Shown here: positions 23,681 through 32,000 of the stretch, piece by piece
Layout of the letters: each line of letters begins with the position of its first letter
How positions within the stretch are numbered: position 1 is the first letter of the stretch
From: Candidatus Nanopusillus acidilobi
Lineage (GTDB): Archaea; Nanobdellota; Nanobdellia; Nanobdellales; Nanobdellaceae
DNA: 32,000 nucleotides
NCBI GenBank assembly: GCA_001552015.1
Contig: CP010514.1
Span: forward strand, 270,001-302,000
Direction of reading: 5' to 3'
The notes under the pieces: model-generated
The model's input: only the letters and a program-made list of their open reading frames with translations
What the model was told of the DNA's origin: nothing
The model's database searches: none
Position numbers and translations under genes: made by a program

Positions 23681-23796
23681 TAATTTTAGATGAAAGTAAT
23701 TTACCGATATTTTTAGCTATTATATATTCATTATTAATATGATTAATTATGAACATATATTAAATTTGTTGGACGATTTTTAAATTTTGAAATAAT

Positions 23797-23810
23797 AAAA
23801 ATTTATAAAC
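23797..23810 (+). promoter_or_regulatory. BRE/TATA (AAAAATTTATAAAC) for the 23832 gene
   Basis: The TTTATAAA core ends 23 nt before the ATG at 23832. The sequence is nearly identical to the element at 25581-25595. Confidence 0.5.
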
Positions 23811-23831
23811 TTTTGCTACTATCATATAGTA

Positions 23832-24557
23832 ATGTCAGAAGACGGATATAATTTAGACAACATTATAAAAAGTAGTTTTGAGGAAGCTATAGAATATTTC
23901 AATAAGAATGGTATAAAAATTGAAGGATTAAGATTAAGAATAGTAAAATCACTATGGTCATTTTATGATATATTCATATTATTGTTTGTATATCAAGGAA
24001 ATCTAGGGATTTATTTTCCCAGTAAAAAAATTTTTATTATAAAAAAACAATTAGAAAAAACAGCAAATAAAATATTAGATGAGCTAAGTAATAATAATAT
24101 AAAAGATTCTTCTATTATTAGTATAAAATTATCGAAAAATAGTATAATATCATATCCATTTTATTTAGATATGAAAAATATAAAAAATAACATAATGAAG
24201 ACTGTTACAGATATTATAATAGATCATGAAATTGGACATGCCGTAATTCGTTCAATAGGTAGTAAGGGTGAATGGAAAGCTTCAGCATTTGAGTATCTAG
24301 TATATTTTTATAAAAATGAATTCTACAATTATTCCGAAGTATATAAAATTATAGAAGAAAATATAAAAGTATGTAAAACATACATAGAAGAAAACAAGAG
24401 ATTAAATATATATGAACTTGGAAGATGCTATGGAAATATTATTATACATAAAAACAAACAATTAACAAATATAAATATAAAGGATATAATAGAAGAAATT
24501 AAAAATTTGTCTGAAAAAGATATCATAAATACAATAAAAAATTATATAATAAAGTAA
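23832..24557 (+). CDS. Hypothetical protein with an HExxH motif (putative zinc metallopeptidase)
   Basis: 241 aa. IIDHEIGHAVIRS contains HEIGH. There is no signal peptide and no other recognisable domain. Confidence 0.45.
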   Translation: MSEDGYNLDNIIKSSFEEAIEYFNKNGIKIEGLRLRIVKSLWSFYDIFILLFVYQGNLGIYFPSKKIFIIKKQLEKTANKILDELSNNNIKDSSIISIKLSKNSIISYPFYLDMKNIKNNIMKTVTDIIIDHEIGHAVIRSIGSKGEWKASAFEYLVYFYKNEFYNYSEVYKIIEENIKVCKTYIEENKRLNIYELGRCYGNIIIHKNKQLTNINIKDIIEEIKNLSEKDIINTIKNYIIK

Positions 24558-24615
24558 AATGTTTTATTGAAAATTTAACGATCTATAATATATATATTAT
24601 TTAGGTTATCTACTC

Positions 24616-24649
24616 AAATGTCGGATAACTAACGTTATACGACATTTTT
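24616..24649 (+). terminator. Extended hairpin followed by a T5 run in a convergent intergenic spacer
   Basis: AAATGTCG (24616-24623) pairs with CGACATTT (24640-24647). An inner stem ATAAC/GTTAT closes the loop TAAC. The run TTTTT spans 24645-24649. The hairpin lies between the ends of the 23832 (+) and 25396 (-) genes. Confidence 0.35.
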
Positions 24650-24700
24650 GCATATTTATTTTGAAATTAATAAAAAATTATATAGATTAACCTAGCTAAT

Positions 24701-25396
24701 TTATGATAAAGAATATATTTGATCAATTACTTTGCTAACTTCTTCAAGATCTTTTATACTATCTATTGATTTCCAATAAATATCTTTATAAATAACACCC
24801 TTTATTTTTCTTTCTTTAGCGAGTTCTGGAAAAGTATGTACTTCAATATCACCTTTATCTGGTAAATAATTATATATTTCTTTATTAAAAACATAAATTC
24901 CCGCATTAATTAAATAATCTAATAATGGCTTTTCTTTAAATTCTGTTATATAATTTTCTTTATCAATTTGAATTATTCCATATGGACTTCTCATTTGTAC
25001 TAAAGCAATTGATGCAATAACATCTTTATTTATATTTTCTATTAAAGGTTTTAGTGAAAGATTTGTAATTATATCTCCATTTAATACAATAAATATATCT
25101 TCATCAATATATCTCATTGCTTTTTTAATAGCTCCTCCAGTTCCCAAAGGTTCTTCTTCAACACTATAATATATTTTTACTCCAAATTTAGAACCATCAC
25201 CTATAGTTTCAAATATCTTAGATTTTAAATATCCTACAGCTAAAACAATTTCTTTTATATTTTGTTTAATTAACCATTCTATTTGCCATTGTAAAATTGG
25301 TTTATCTTTTATTTCTATCAATGGTTTTGGTTTTTCTAAAGTTAATGGAATTAATCTTTTACCATATCCACCTGCAAGTATTATTGCTTTTACCAT
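24701..25396 (-). CDS. Sugar-1-phosphate nucleotidylyltransferase (NDP-sugar pyrophosphorylase, short form)
   Basis: 231 aa. KAIILAGGYGKRLIPLTLEKPKPLIEI is the G-x-G-x-R-L nucleotidyltransferase signature. Sugar specificity cannot be determined from the sequence. Confidence 0.8.
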   Translation of the reverse strand: MVKAIILAGGYGKRLIPLTLEKPKPLIEIKDKPILQWQIEWLIKQNIKEIVLAVGYLKSKIFETIGDGSKFGVKIYYSVEEEPLGTGGAIKKAMRYIDEDIFIVLNGDIITNLSLKPLIENINKDVIASIALVQMRSPYGIIQIDKENYITEFKEKPLLDYLINAGIYVFNKEIYNYLPDKGDIEVHTFPELAKERKIKGVIYKDIYWKSIDSIKDLEEVSKVIDQIYSLS

Positions 25397-25580
25397 AAAT
25401 AAGTAATAGTTTATAATAACTTAAGTGTTTATCAGAGCTTTTGCATATAGTGACAACTTATTTAATAAAATGTTATATTTGTTAAGAGATTATTAAAAAT
25501 AATTTTTACATAAATTATTTAGAAAATTATTCAAAAATTATTTTAGAAATATATACATAGATTTAAATATCAAAATGTCT

Positions 25581-25595
25581 AAAAATTTATAAAAC
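25581..25595 (+). promoter_or_regulatory. BRE/TATA (AAAAATTTATAAAAC) for the glycosyltransferase operon
   Basis: The TTTATAAA core (25586-25593) ends 23 nt before the ATG at 25616. Confidence 0.5.
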
Positions 25596-25615
25596 TTTTT
25601 TATCTTCAATAGTTA

Positions 25616-26665
25616 ATGAAAATTGCTTTATATGGTATATCACATTTATCTGATAATAGAGGCTATGAAAAATGGATAATAAAAGTTGCATCTTATTTAT
25701 CTAAAAAGTATGATGTTAGAGTTATAACTACTAATGCTAATAAAAAATATGATTTAAATAATTTAAATTTTGAATATATAGTAATTGAGCATAAGAAAAG
25801 ATTTGGTTTATTGCATGATATAAGTGAAATAAAAAATTATCTAAAAGATACGGATATAACATATGCATTTTATGTTTGGTTTGGAACGCAAATTGATATA
25901 TTAAAATATTCAAAAAAAGTTATTTTCGGACATCATTCTCCTTTGGATAAACCTATTCAAAGAATTTATTATTCTTTATTAGAAAATATAATTGCCAGAA
26001 AAATAAAATATTCCTATCATCATTTTTTAACCGAATATAGAGCAAATATATATAGAAAAAGGGGTTTTAAGAAAATATTTATAATTCCGAATTTTGTTGA
26101 ATTAGATAAATATAAACCAAAGGAAAAAAGCTATGATAAATTTAAGATAATTTGTCCAGGTGTTATTAATATACTAAAAGGAATAGATATTTTAATAAAG
26201 GTTGCTGAAACTTTAAAGAAATATAATGATATAGAATTCTATATCGCCGGTAATAAGCCAATATATAATAATTTACCATCTAATGTTAAATATTTAGGAA
26301 TGTTAAATGAAGATGAATATGCTAATTTTATAGGTATAGCTAATTTAATGTTTTTACCTACAAGGATTGAAACATTTTCATTTTCTGTATTAGAAAATTT
26401 AGCAGTAGGAAATCCTGTAGTTGTATCAAATTTACCAGATGTAATTAGTGCATTTGGAGAATCTGAATCAATTTATTATGCAAAACTTAATAATGTAAAA
26501 AATTATATTAATGGAATATTAAAATATTATCAAATATGGAAAAATAATAAGGATAAATATGAAGAATTATCTAAAAAAGCCAGAGAAATTGCAAGTAAAT
26601 TTGATTCGAATATAATATTGCCAAAAATAGAAGAGATGTTTAAGAAAGTTTATGAATCTTCATAA
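25616..26665 (+). CDS. Glycosyltransferase, GT4 (group 1) family
   Basis: 349 aa with a GT-B layout. The E-x7-E motif is ETFSFSVLENLAVGNPVV. Confidence 0.75.
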   Translation: MKIALYGISHLSDNRGYEKWIIKVASYLSKKYDVRVITTNANKKYDLNNLNFEYIVIEHKKRFGLLHDISEIKNYLKDTDITYAFYVWFGTQIDILKYSKKVIFGHHSPLDKPIQRIYYSLLENIIARKIKYSYHHFLTEYRANIYRKRGFKKIFIIPNFVELDKYKPKEKSYDKFKIICPGVINILKGIDILIKVAETLKKYNDIEFYIAGNKPIYNNLPSNVKYLGMLNEDEYANFIGIANLMFLPTRIETFSFSVLENLAVGNPVVVSNLPDVISAFGESESIYYAKLNNVKNYINGILKYYQIWKNNKDKYEELSKKAREIASKFDSNIILPKIEEMFKKVYESS

Positions 26666-26677
26666 TTATTTTTTATT

Positions 26678-27865
26678 ATGAAAATTTTATTATTTCATCC
26701 ATGGTTAAAATCAAAAGGTGGTGCAGAAAGAGTTGTTTATGAATACTATAAAAGATCTAAACATAAAATAAAGATATTAACTTGGAATTATATTAAAGAA
26801 AAAACTTATGATTTTAAAGAAGAAGATATAATTAGTTTATATGATAAAAAATATGAAAGAATATTTAGAGGATATTTAATTAGAGGTGGATTTTCATTAT
26901 TAAATTTATTAATAAAATATGAAATTGATAATTTTGATTTGTTATTAATATCTACAGGTGGTATTGCAGAATTAATATTAACAAATCAAAATTTTAATAT
27001 ATCAAAAGTTACATATAATCATACAATTTTGAGGGCTGCATATAAATATGATATCTATTGGAACATTAAATATAGATTTAGAAAATATTATTATTTACCT
27101 TATAAAGTAGCTCTGAATGTTTATAATTATTTAGAAAGAAAAGCTTGGAAGAAAATAGATTTTGCAATATTTAATTCAGAACTATCTAAAAAGAGAGCAT
27201 TAGATAAAAATTTAATAGATAAAGAAAAAACAGATGTTATATATCCTGGTGCAGATTTGTCAAATTTTTATAATGATAATCCGGAAGATTATTTCTTATA
27301 TGTAGCAAGAATTGGGTTATCAAAAAGACAAGATATATTAATTAAAGCATTTGCAAAGTTTATTAAAAAATATTCAGAATATAAATTATATTTAGTTGGA
27401 AATGTTGAAAATAAAAAATATTACTTAAAAATATTGAAACTAATTAAGCATTATAATTTACAAAATAATATAAAATTATATTCAAATTTATCCGATGAAA
27501 AATTAAGAGAATTATATGCAAAATCTTTGGCATGTATCTATATACCATATATGGAAGATTTTGGAATAGTTCCTTTAGAATCATTAGCTGCTGGAAAGTA
27601 TTTAATTAATGTTTATCCTTCTGGAAGTTATGAATTATTAAAGAATGCACACGGAATTTATTGGATAAAAGAAAGATTTTATGAAGAACCTATGATTAAT
27701 GAAATATATAACTCATTAGAATATTTTGTTAAAAATAAAGATGAATTAATAGAAAAAGGAAAAGAAAATATAGAATTTGTTAAAAAATATGATTTATCAT
27801 GGGAAAGATTTACAAAAGAATTGGATAATAAACTTAAAGATATTTTAGAAAATATAAATAATTGA
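26678..27865 (+). CDS. Glycosyltransferase, GT4 (group 1) family
   Basis: 395 aa. It has MKILLFHPWLKSKGGAERV and the E-x7-E motif EDFGIVPLESLAAGK. Confidence 0.75.
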   Translation: MKILLFHPWLKSKGGAERVVYEYYKRSKHKIKILTWNYIKEKTYDFKEEDIISLYDKKYERIFRGYLIRGGFSLLNLLIKYEIDNFDLLLISTGGIAELILTNQNFNISKVTYNHTILRAAYKYDIYWNIKYRFRKYYYLPYKVALNVYNYLERKAWKKIDFAIFNSELSKKRALDKNLIDKEKTDVIYPGADLSNFYNDNPEDYFLYVARIGLSKRQDILIKAFAKFIKKYSEYKLYLVGNVENKKYYLKILKLIKHYNLQNNIKLYSNLSDEKLRELYAKSLACIYIPYMEDFGIVPLESLAAGKYLINVYPSGSYELLKNAHGIYWIKERFYEEPMINEIYNSLEYFVKNKDELIEKGKENIEFVKKYDLSWERFTKELDNKLKDILENINN

Positions 27866-27935
27866 TAATTGATTTCTATTAGTATAATGATACCTTTATA
27901 TATTTAAAAAATTTTTTTCAAAAAATTTTACAATA

Positions 27936-28895
27936 ATGAATGAAATAAGAAAGATATTAATTGCACCTAAAGTGATATATAATTCAAGGAAAATAATTAA
28001 AAATATATATTCAAGTTTATATCAATATTTAATTTTAAAAAAGCAAAATATTAAATTAAAATTAAGAAACGGAGAAACCATAATAGTACCTAGATCTTTT
28101 TATCCTAAAATAATATATTATTATTACTTGGGATATATTGCTGATATTAGCAAAGATGGAATATATTTTAAAGTAAATAATAAAACTTTTCAAGTACCTT
28201 TTAAAGAAATCGAACTTATGAGATTTTGGCGTATAATTAAATTAGGGTGGTTCTATAATAATAATTACTGGGAGAAAAATAACATAAAATTTAAGCATGC
28301 ATATAGTTCAATATATGATGTTTTTGAAAGCGAAGATTATAAATTTCTTAATGTTCAAAATAAATCGATATTAGATATAGGAGCCTTTGTAGGAGATTCA
28401 TCAATATATTTTATTCTAAAAGGTGCTAAAAAAGTATATGCAATTGAACCACATCCAGATGCCTATAAAGAAATGATAGAAAATATAAAATTAAATAATA
28501 TGGAAAATAAAATTATTCCAATAAATGTAGGAATAAGTTATGAAAAAGATTATATATTTATTCCTGTAACAACAGTAAGTACGCAAGATACATTATTAAA
28601 ATCAGAAGGTAATGGTATTAAAGTACCCGCAGGTAAATTAAGAGATATTATTGATAAATATAATATAGATGCACAAATATTAAAAATGGATTGTGAAGGA
28701 TGCGAATATAATATAATTTTGAAAGATTATGATACTATAAAAGAATTTGATGAAATTGGATTTGAATATCATGCTTATAATACTAAAATACCTGTTAGTA
28801 AATTAATAGAAAAATTAAATAAAGATTTTGAATGTAAGATTATAAAAGAGAAATCGAAAGATATAGGGTTAGTATATTGTATAAGAAAAAAATAA
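27936..28895 (+). CDS. FkbM-family SAM-dependent methyltransferase with an N-terminal extension
   Basis: 319 aa. DIGAFVGDSSIYFILKGAKKVYAIEPHPDAYKEMIENIKLNN and KMDCEGCEYNI match the FkbM family pattern. The first ~140 aa are unassigned. Confidence 0.7.
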   Translation: MNEIRKILIAPKVIYNSRKIIKNIYSSLYQYLILKKQNIKLKLRNGETIIVPRSFYPKIIYYYYLGYIADISKDGIYFKVNNKTFQVPFKEIELMRFWRIIKLGWFYNNNYWEKNNIKFKHAYSSIYDVFESEDYKFLNVQNKSILDIGAFVGDSSIYFILKGAKKVYAIEPHPDAYKEMIENIKLNNMENKIIPINVGISYEKDYIFIPVTTVSTQDTLLKSEGNGIKVPAGKLRDIIDKYNIDAQILKMDCEGCEYNIILKDYDTIKEFDEIGFEYHAYNTKIPVSKLIEKLNKDFECKIIKEKSKDIGLVYCIRKK

Positions 28896-28925
28896 ATTTA
28901 AATCTTTATTTTATATTTCTTTTTT

Positions 28926-29822
28926 ATGAAAGCTTCAGTAATAGTAATGGATTATTTAAGAAAAAAATATATTCTAGATGCATTAAAAAGTATTAAAAAT
29001 CAGAAAGAAATTGATTTAAATGATATTGAAATAATTGTTGTAAAATATTATCAAGATGAAAAAATAGATAATTATATTAAAGAAAATTTTCCTAATTATA
29101 AGATAATAAATTTAGATCCAAATGGTCCAGATCGTTATATTGGTAGTGAACTTGCTATAGGAATAAAAGAGGCTTCTAGTAATTTAATATTCTTATTAGA
29201 TGATGACGATATGTTTACCGAAAATAAAATTAGTAGAATATTTGAGGTTGTAAAAAATATTAAGTATGATGAATATGTAATTTGGAATAAGGCTATAATA
29301 ACTCAAGATTTAAAAAGTAGGCCATTAAAAAAGTCAGAGCACAAACATATATATAACAGCAGTAGCATAGTTCTAAATATTAAAGATAAAGATAAATTAA
29401 TAGATTATATAAGAAAAATATATTATGCTGTAGATCGAGCTCTTTTATGCTATTTTAAAGAAAAAATTATAAAATTGAATGATTCATTAACTTACTATAG
29501 AAGATTCGGAGAAAACACAAGTATTAGATTTAGTAGACAGATGTTGGAAATGAATTTACAAGATTTTCAATATATTTATGAAAAAACAAAATGTAAAAAT
29601 ATAATAGATAGGATAGTAAATTTTAAAATTAAATTAAATACTATGTATAACGCTAATTATAAAATATCATTAAAAGAATATATAGGAGGTTTATTACTAT
29701 TTGATGAAGATTATATTAAGAGATTATCAGTGATTATTTTATATAAATTATTTAGAAATTATCTAAAAAAATATTATTTGAAAACATATACTTTTACAGA
29801 TCTAAATGTACAAAATGAATAG
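28926..29822 (+). CDS. Glycosyltransferase, GT2 family
   Basis: 298 aa. ASVIVMDYLRKKYILDALKSIKNQ and the LLDDDD (DxD) motif are typical of the GT-A fold. Confidence 0.7.
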   Translation: MKASVIVMDYLRKKYILDALKSIKNQKEIDLNDIEIIVVKYYQDEKIDNYIKENFPNYKIINLDPNGPDRYIGSELAIGIKEASSNLIFLLDDDDMFTENKISRIFEVVKNIKYDEYVIWNKAIITQDLKSRPLKKSEHKHIYNSSSIVLNIKDKDKLIDYIRKIYYAVDRALLCYFKEKIIKLNDSLTYYRRFGENTSIRFSRQMLEMNLQDFQYIYEKTKCKNIIDRIVNFKIKLNTMYNANYKISLKEYIGGLLLFDEDYIKRLSVIILYKLFRNYLKKYYLKTYTFTDLNVQNE

Positions 29823-30048
29823 AAATTATAAATTTTTATTATTATATTTTAATTTAATATAATTAAGAAAAAAGAGATAAAGGATAATCATTTATAATAT
29901 TAAAGTACTTATAGTAAATTATTTAGATAAATTAAGCAAAGTTTATATATAAAATTATTGAAGGGTGTTAAATAAGAATTGATAATAATATATTGTATAA
30001 TAAAAAATAATGTTATTAATATAAAAATTTCTCTTAAATAAAAAACAA

Positions 30049-31353
30049 TTATGTATTTAATTTTACTATTTCCTCAAATATTTTATTAACATCTATACTT
30101 TTGTCATAAGAATCTATCACAACTCTATATAATGGTTCTGTTTCTGAATATCTTACCAATATTCTTAAGTTATCCTTTAATAATTCTATACCATCTAAAT
30201 CTCCATTTAAATCATTTAATATAAATCCATTATTCTTTCCATATTCTTTTACTTTATCAATTAAATTTGGATTATTTCTTGGTATATCTTTCTCTAACCA
30301 TGTAAATTCTGGAATATTTAAATTATTTATATCTATACCCTTTTTCATATATTTTAATAACATCAATGCGCCGAATAATGCATCATCAATATAATCATTT
30401 TCAGCAAAATAAATATGACCAGTATATTCAATACATAAATATGCTCTATTTTGTTGACCTGCAAATTTAATAAATGTATGGCCAGGTCTTTTTATAATTA
30501 CTTTTCCTCCTTTTTCTTCAACCAATTTTCTTAAATAAATTGGTAATGAAATTTCTAATACATATGTTCTGTCTTTTTTAATAAAAGGTATTAAATATTT
30601 ATCCATTCTAATTCTATTTCCATATTTATCTACTACACCCAATCTATCCCCATCGCCATCAAACATAAATCCAATATCTAAATCCTTTCTATTTCTCATT
30701 AATTCTTGTAAAGATTTAATATTTTCATCTTTTGAAGGGTCGGGATTATGCCCTGGAAAAGTTCCATCCATATTATCATTAATTGCTATAACTTCATTTC
30801 CTAAATCTGTTAATACATCTTTCATTAAAGTCAATACAGAATTTGAAGGATCATAACCAACTTTAAATCCACTCACTCCCTTAAATTTCTCTTTTAGATG
30901 TTTTTTATAAATATCTCTTGCTTCTTCAATAACTTCTAGCATTCCTTCTTTTTGTGTTGGCCTTATATCTTCATATGTTAATTTTTCAATTTTATCGATT
31001 TCTTCTTTTGGTAGATCATTTCCATTACTATTAATTGGTTTTATCCCGTTATATTGCAAAGAATTATGAGATGCAGTTATCATTAATACTGGAATATTAT
31101 ACACTTTTGCCAAATAATGTGCTTCTGGTGTAGATCCAATTCCAAAATCTAATACATCATGTGTATAAACTAATGTTTCTACTAAAATATCTCTTATTCT
31201 TGGAGAAGATAATCTTATATCTCTTACAATTCCTATTGATTCATAGTTATTAAAATATCTTCCCAATGCATATCCAATTTTGTATAATAGTTCATCTGTT
31301 AGTTCTTGTCCATAAACGCCTCTGATATCATATAATTTAAATACTCCACTCAT
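30049..31353 (-). CDS. Phosphomannomutase/phosphoglucomutase
   Basis: It has the active-site loop TASHNSLQYNG and the metal site FDGDGDR. The N-terminus is FKLYDIRGV. I place the start at the first ATG (31353, MSGVFKLYDIRG), because the tracked 13-codon extension begins with TTG. Confidence 0.85.
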   Translation of the reverse strand: MSGVFKLYDIRGVYGQELTDELLYKIGYALGRYFNNYESIGIVRDIRLSSPRIRDILVETLVYTHDVLDFGIGSTPEAHYLAKVYNIPVLMITASHNSLQYNGIKPINSNGNDLPKEEIDKIEKLTYEDIRPTQKEGMLEVIEEARDIYKKHLKEKFKGVSGFKVGYDPSNSVLTLMKDVLTDLGNEVIAINDNMDGTFPGHNPDPSKDENIKSLQELMRNRKDLDIGFMFDGDGDRLGVVDKYGNRIRMDKYLIPFIKKDRTYVLEISLPIYLRKLVEEKGGKVIIKRPGHTFIKFAGQQNRAYLCIEYTGHIYFAENDYIDDALFGALMLLKYMKKGIDINNLNIPEFTWLEKDIPRNNPNLIDKVKEYGKNNGFILNDLNGDLDGIELLKDNLRILVRYSETEPLYRVVIDSYDKSIDVNKIFEEIVKLNT

Positions 31354-31487
31354 GATTAACTTTAAATCTTTGATATTTAAATATCTTATCAAACATATGA
31401 ATTTATGATAATATATTAAAGGTTAAATAAATATTTTTCATTTTTTGTAATTAAAGGTTTCAAAATCTTAATTTTTATATATCTTTT

Positions 31488-32000
31488 ATGAAGAAAACAA
31501 AAATTGTTGCTACAATAGGTCCAAGTAGTATAGATAAGATAAAAGAATTAGATAAATATGTAGATGTATATAGGATAAATTTTTCACATGGAGATAAGAA
31601 GAGTCATGAAGAATATTTTAAAATAATTAGAGAAAATAGCGAAAAGCCCATATTAGTAGATTTACCAGGACCAAAGCTAAGGATAGGAAATCTAAAAGAA
31701 AAAATATTATTAAAACCAAGAGATAAAATAATATTTTCTCAAGATGATGGTATTCCAGTAGAGGATCCATTATTTTATAAGGTAGTTAAAGAAAATACTG
31801 ACATATATTTAGATGATGGAAATATAAAAGTTCATATAGATAAAGTAAATAATAATAAGGTAGAAGGAACTGTTCTAACTGGAGGAATATTAACATCTAG
31901 AAAAGGAATAAATATTCCAGATCTAAATTTAGATACTGGAGTAACCCAAAGAGATTTAGAACTATTAAAAGAAGCTTTAGATTTGGGTGCAGATTTTATA
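31488..32000 (+). CDS. pyk: Pyruvate kinase (5' partial, continues beyond the window)
   Basis: From the ATG at 31488 the translation reads MKKTKIVATIGPSS...RINFSHG...LVDLPGPKLRIG...SRKGINIP. This is the conserved pyruvate kinase N-terminus. The frame stays open in phase to position 32000. Confidence 0.85.
   Translation, partial: MKKTKIVATIGPSSIDKIKELDKYVDVYRINFSHGDKKSHEEYFKIIRENSEKPILVDLPGPKLRIGNLKEKILLKPRDKIIFSQDDGIPVEDPLFYKVVKENTDIYLDDGNIKVHIDKVNNNKVEGTVLTGGILTSRKGINIPDLNLDTGVTQRDLELLKEALDLGADFI

Noticed and set aside
31354-31392. 13-codon N-terminal extension of PMM/PGM from a TTG codon
   Set aside because: The first ATG (31353) gives the conserved family N-terminus (FKLYDIRG) close to the start. 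It also has a TATA-like TTTAAATAT about 25 nt upstream.
1-32000. CRISPR arrays, rRNA genes, split tRNA halves, transposases or integrases
   Set aside because: No spaced direct-repeat array was seen. The tRNA-Cys is the only GC-rich structured island. No ORF shows transposase or integrase motifs. The only tandem DNA repeat, at 21357-21383, is coding.

Overview
The window is a very AT-rich, gene-dense archaeal chromosome segment. Hand counts of typical 60-nt lines give about 15-25% GC. The archaeal assignment rests on two-subunit archaeal PheRS, Bud32, archease, eS26, an Rpp30-like protein, an archaeal-type MtaB/CDKAL1-like methylthiotransferase and a canonical C/D box sRNA. The extreme AT bias, the Lys/Glu/Ile/Asn-rich proteome, scattered operons and tiny spacers suggest a reduced DPANN/Nanoarchaeota-like genome; this lineage call is inference only.

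Contents:
- Housekeeping: a minus-strand block rps26e-pheT-pheS-NTase-bud32-Zn ribbon-Rpp30-like, plus serS, tRNA-Cys(GCA), a dPGM-type phosphoglycerate mutase, the methylthiotransferase, a fused gamma-alpha 2-oxoacid:ferredoxin oxidoreductase subunit, a DenV-like pyrimidine-dimer glycosylase, SecF and the 5' end of pyruvate kinase.
- A glycan-biosynthesis island at 24.7-31.4 kb: NDP-sugar pyrophosphorylase, two GT4, an FkbM methyltransferase, a GT2 and PMM/PGM.
- Two loci (1.5-5.2 kb and 18.1-21.5 kb) encoding very large Asn/Tyr/Ser-rich, sequon-dense, membrane-anchored proteins with LamG/ConA-like and DUF2341-like beta-sandwich signatures. These are the best candidates for an uncharacterised cell-surface or host-contact system.

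Other notable points:
- Three genes are broken or lack an ATG next to short homopolymer runs.
- TTTATAAA boxes sit at a fixed 22-25 nt spacing from start codons, which indicates leaderless mRNAs. The same spacing occurs in front of the tRNA.
- A pair of 21-bp palindromes lies in a small accessory region beside a truncated DUF4143 ATPase gene and an orphan HExxH protein.

No CRISPR array, rRNA gene or recognisable transposase was seen.
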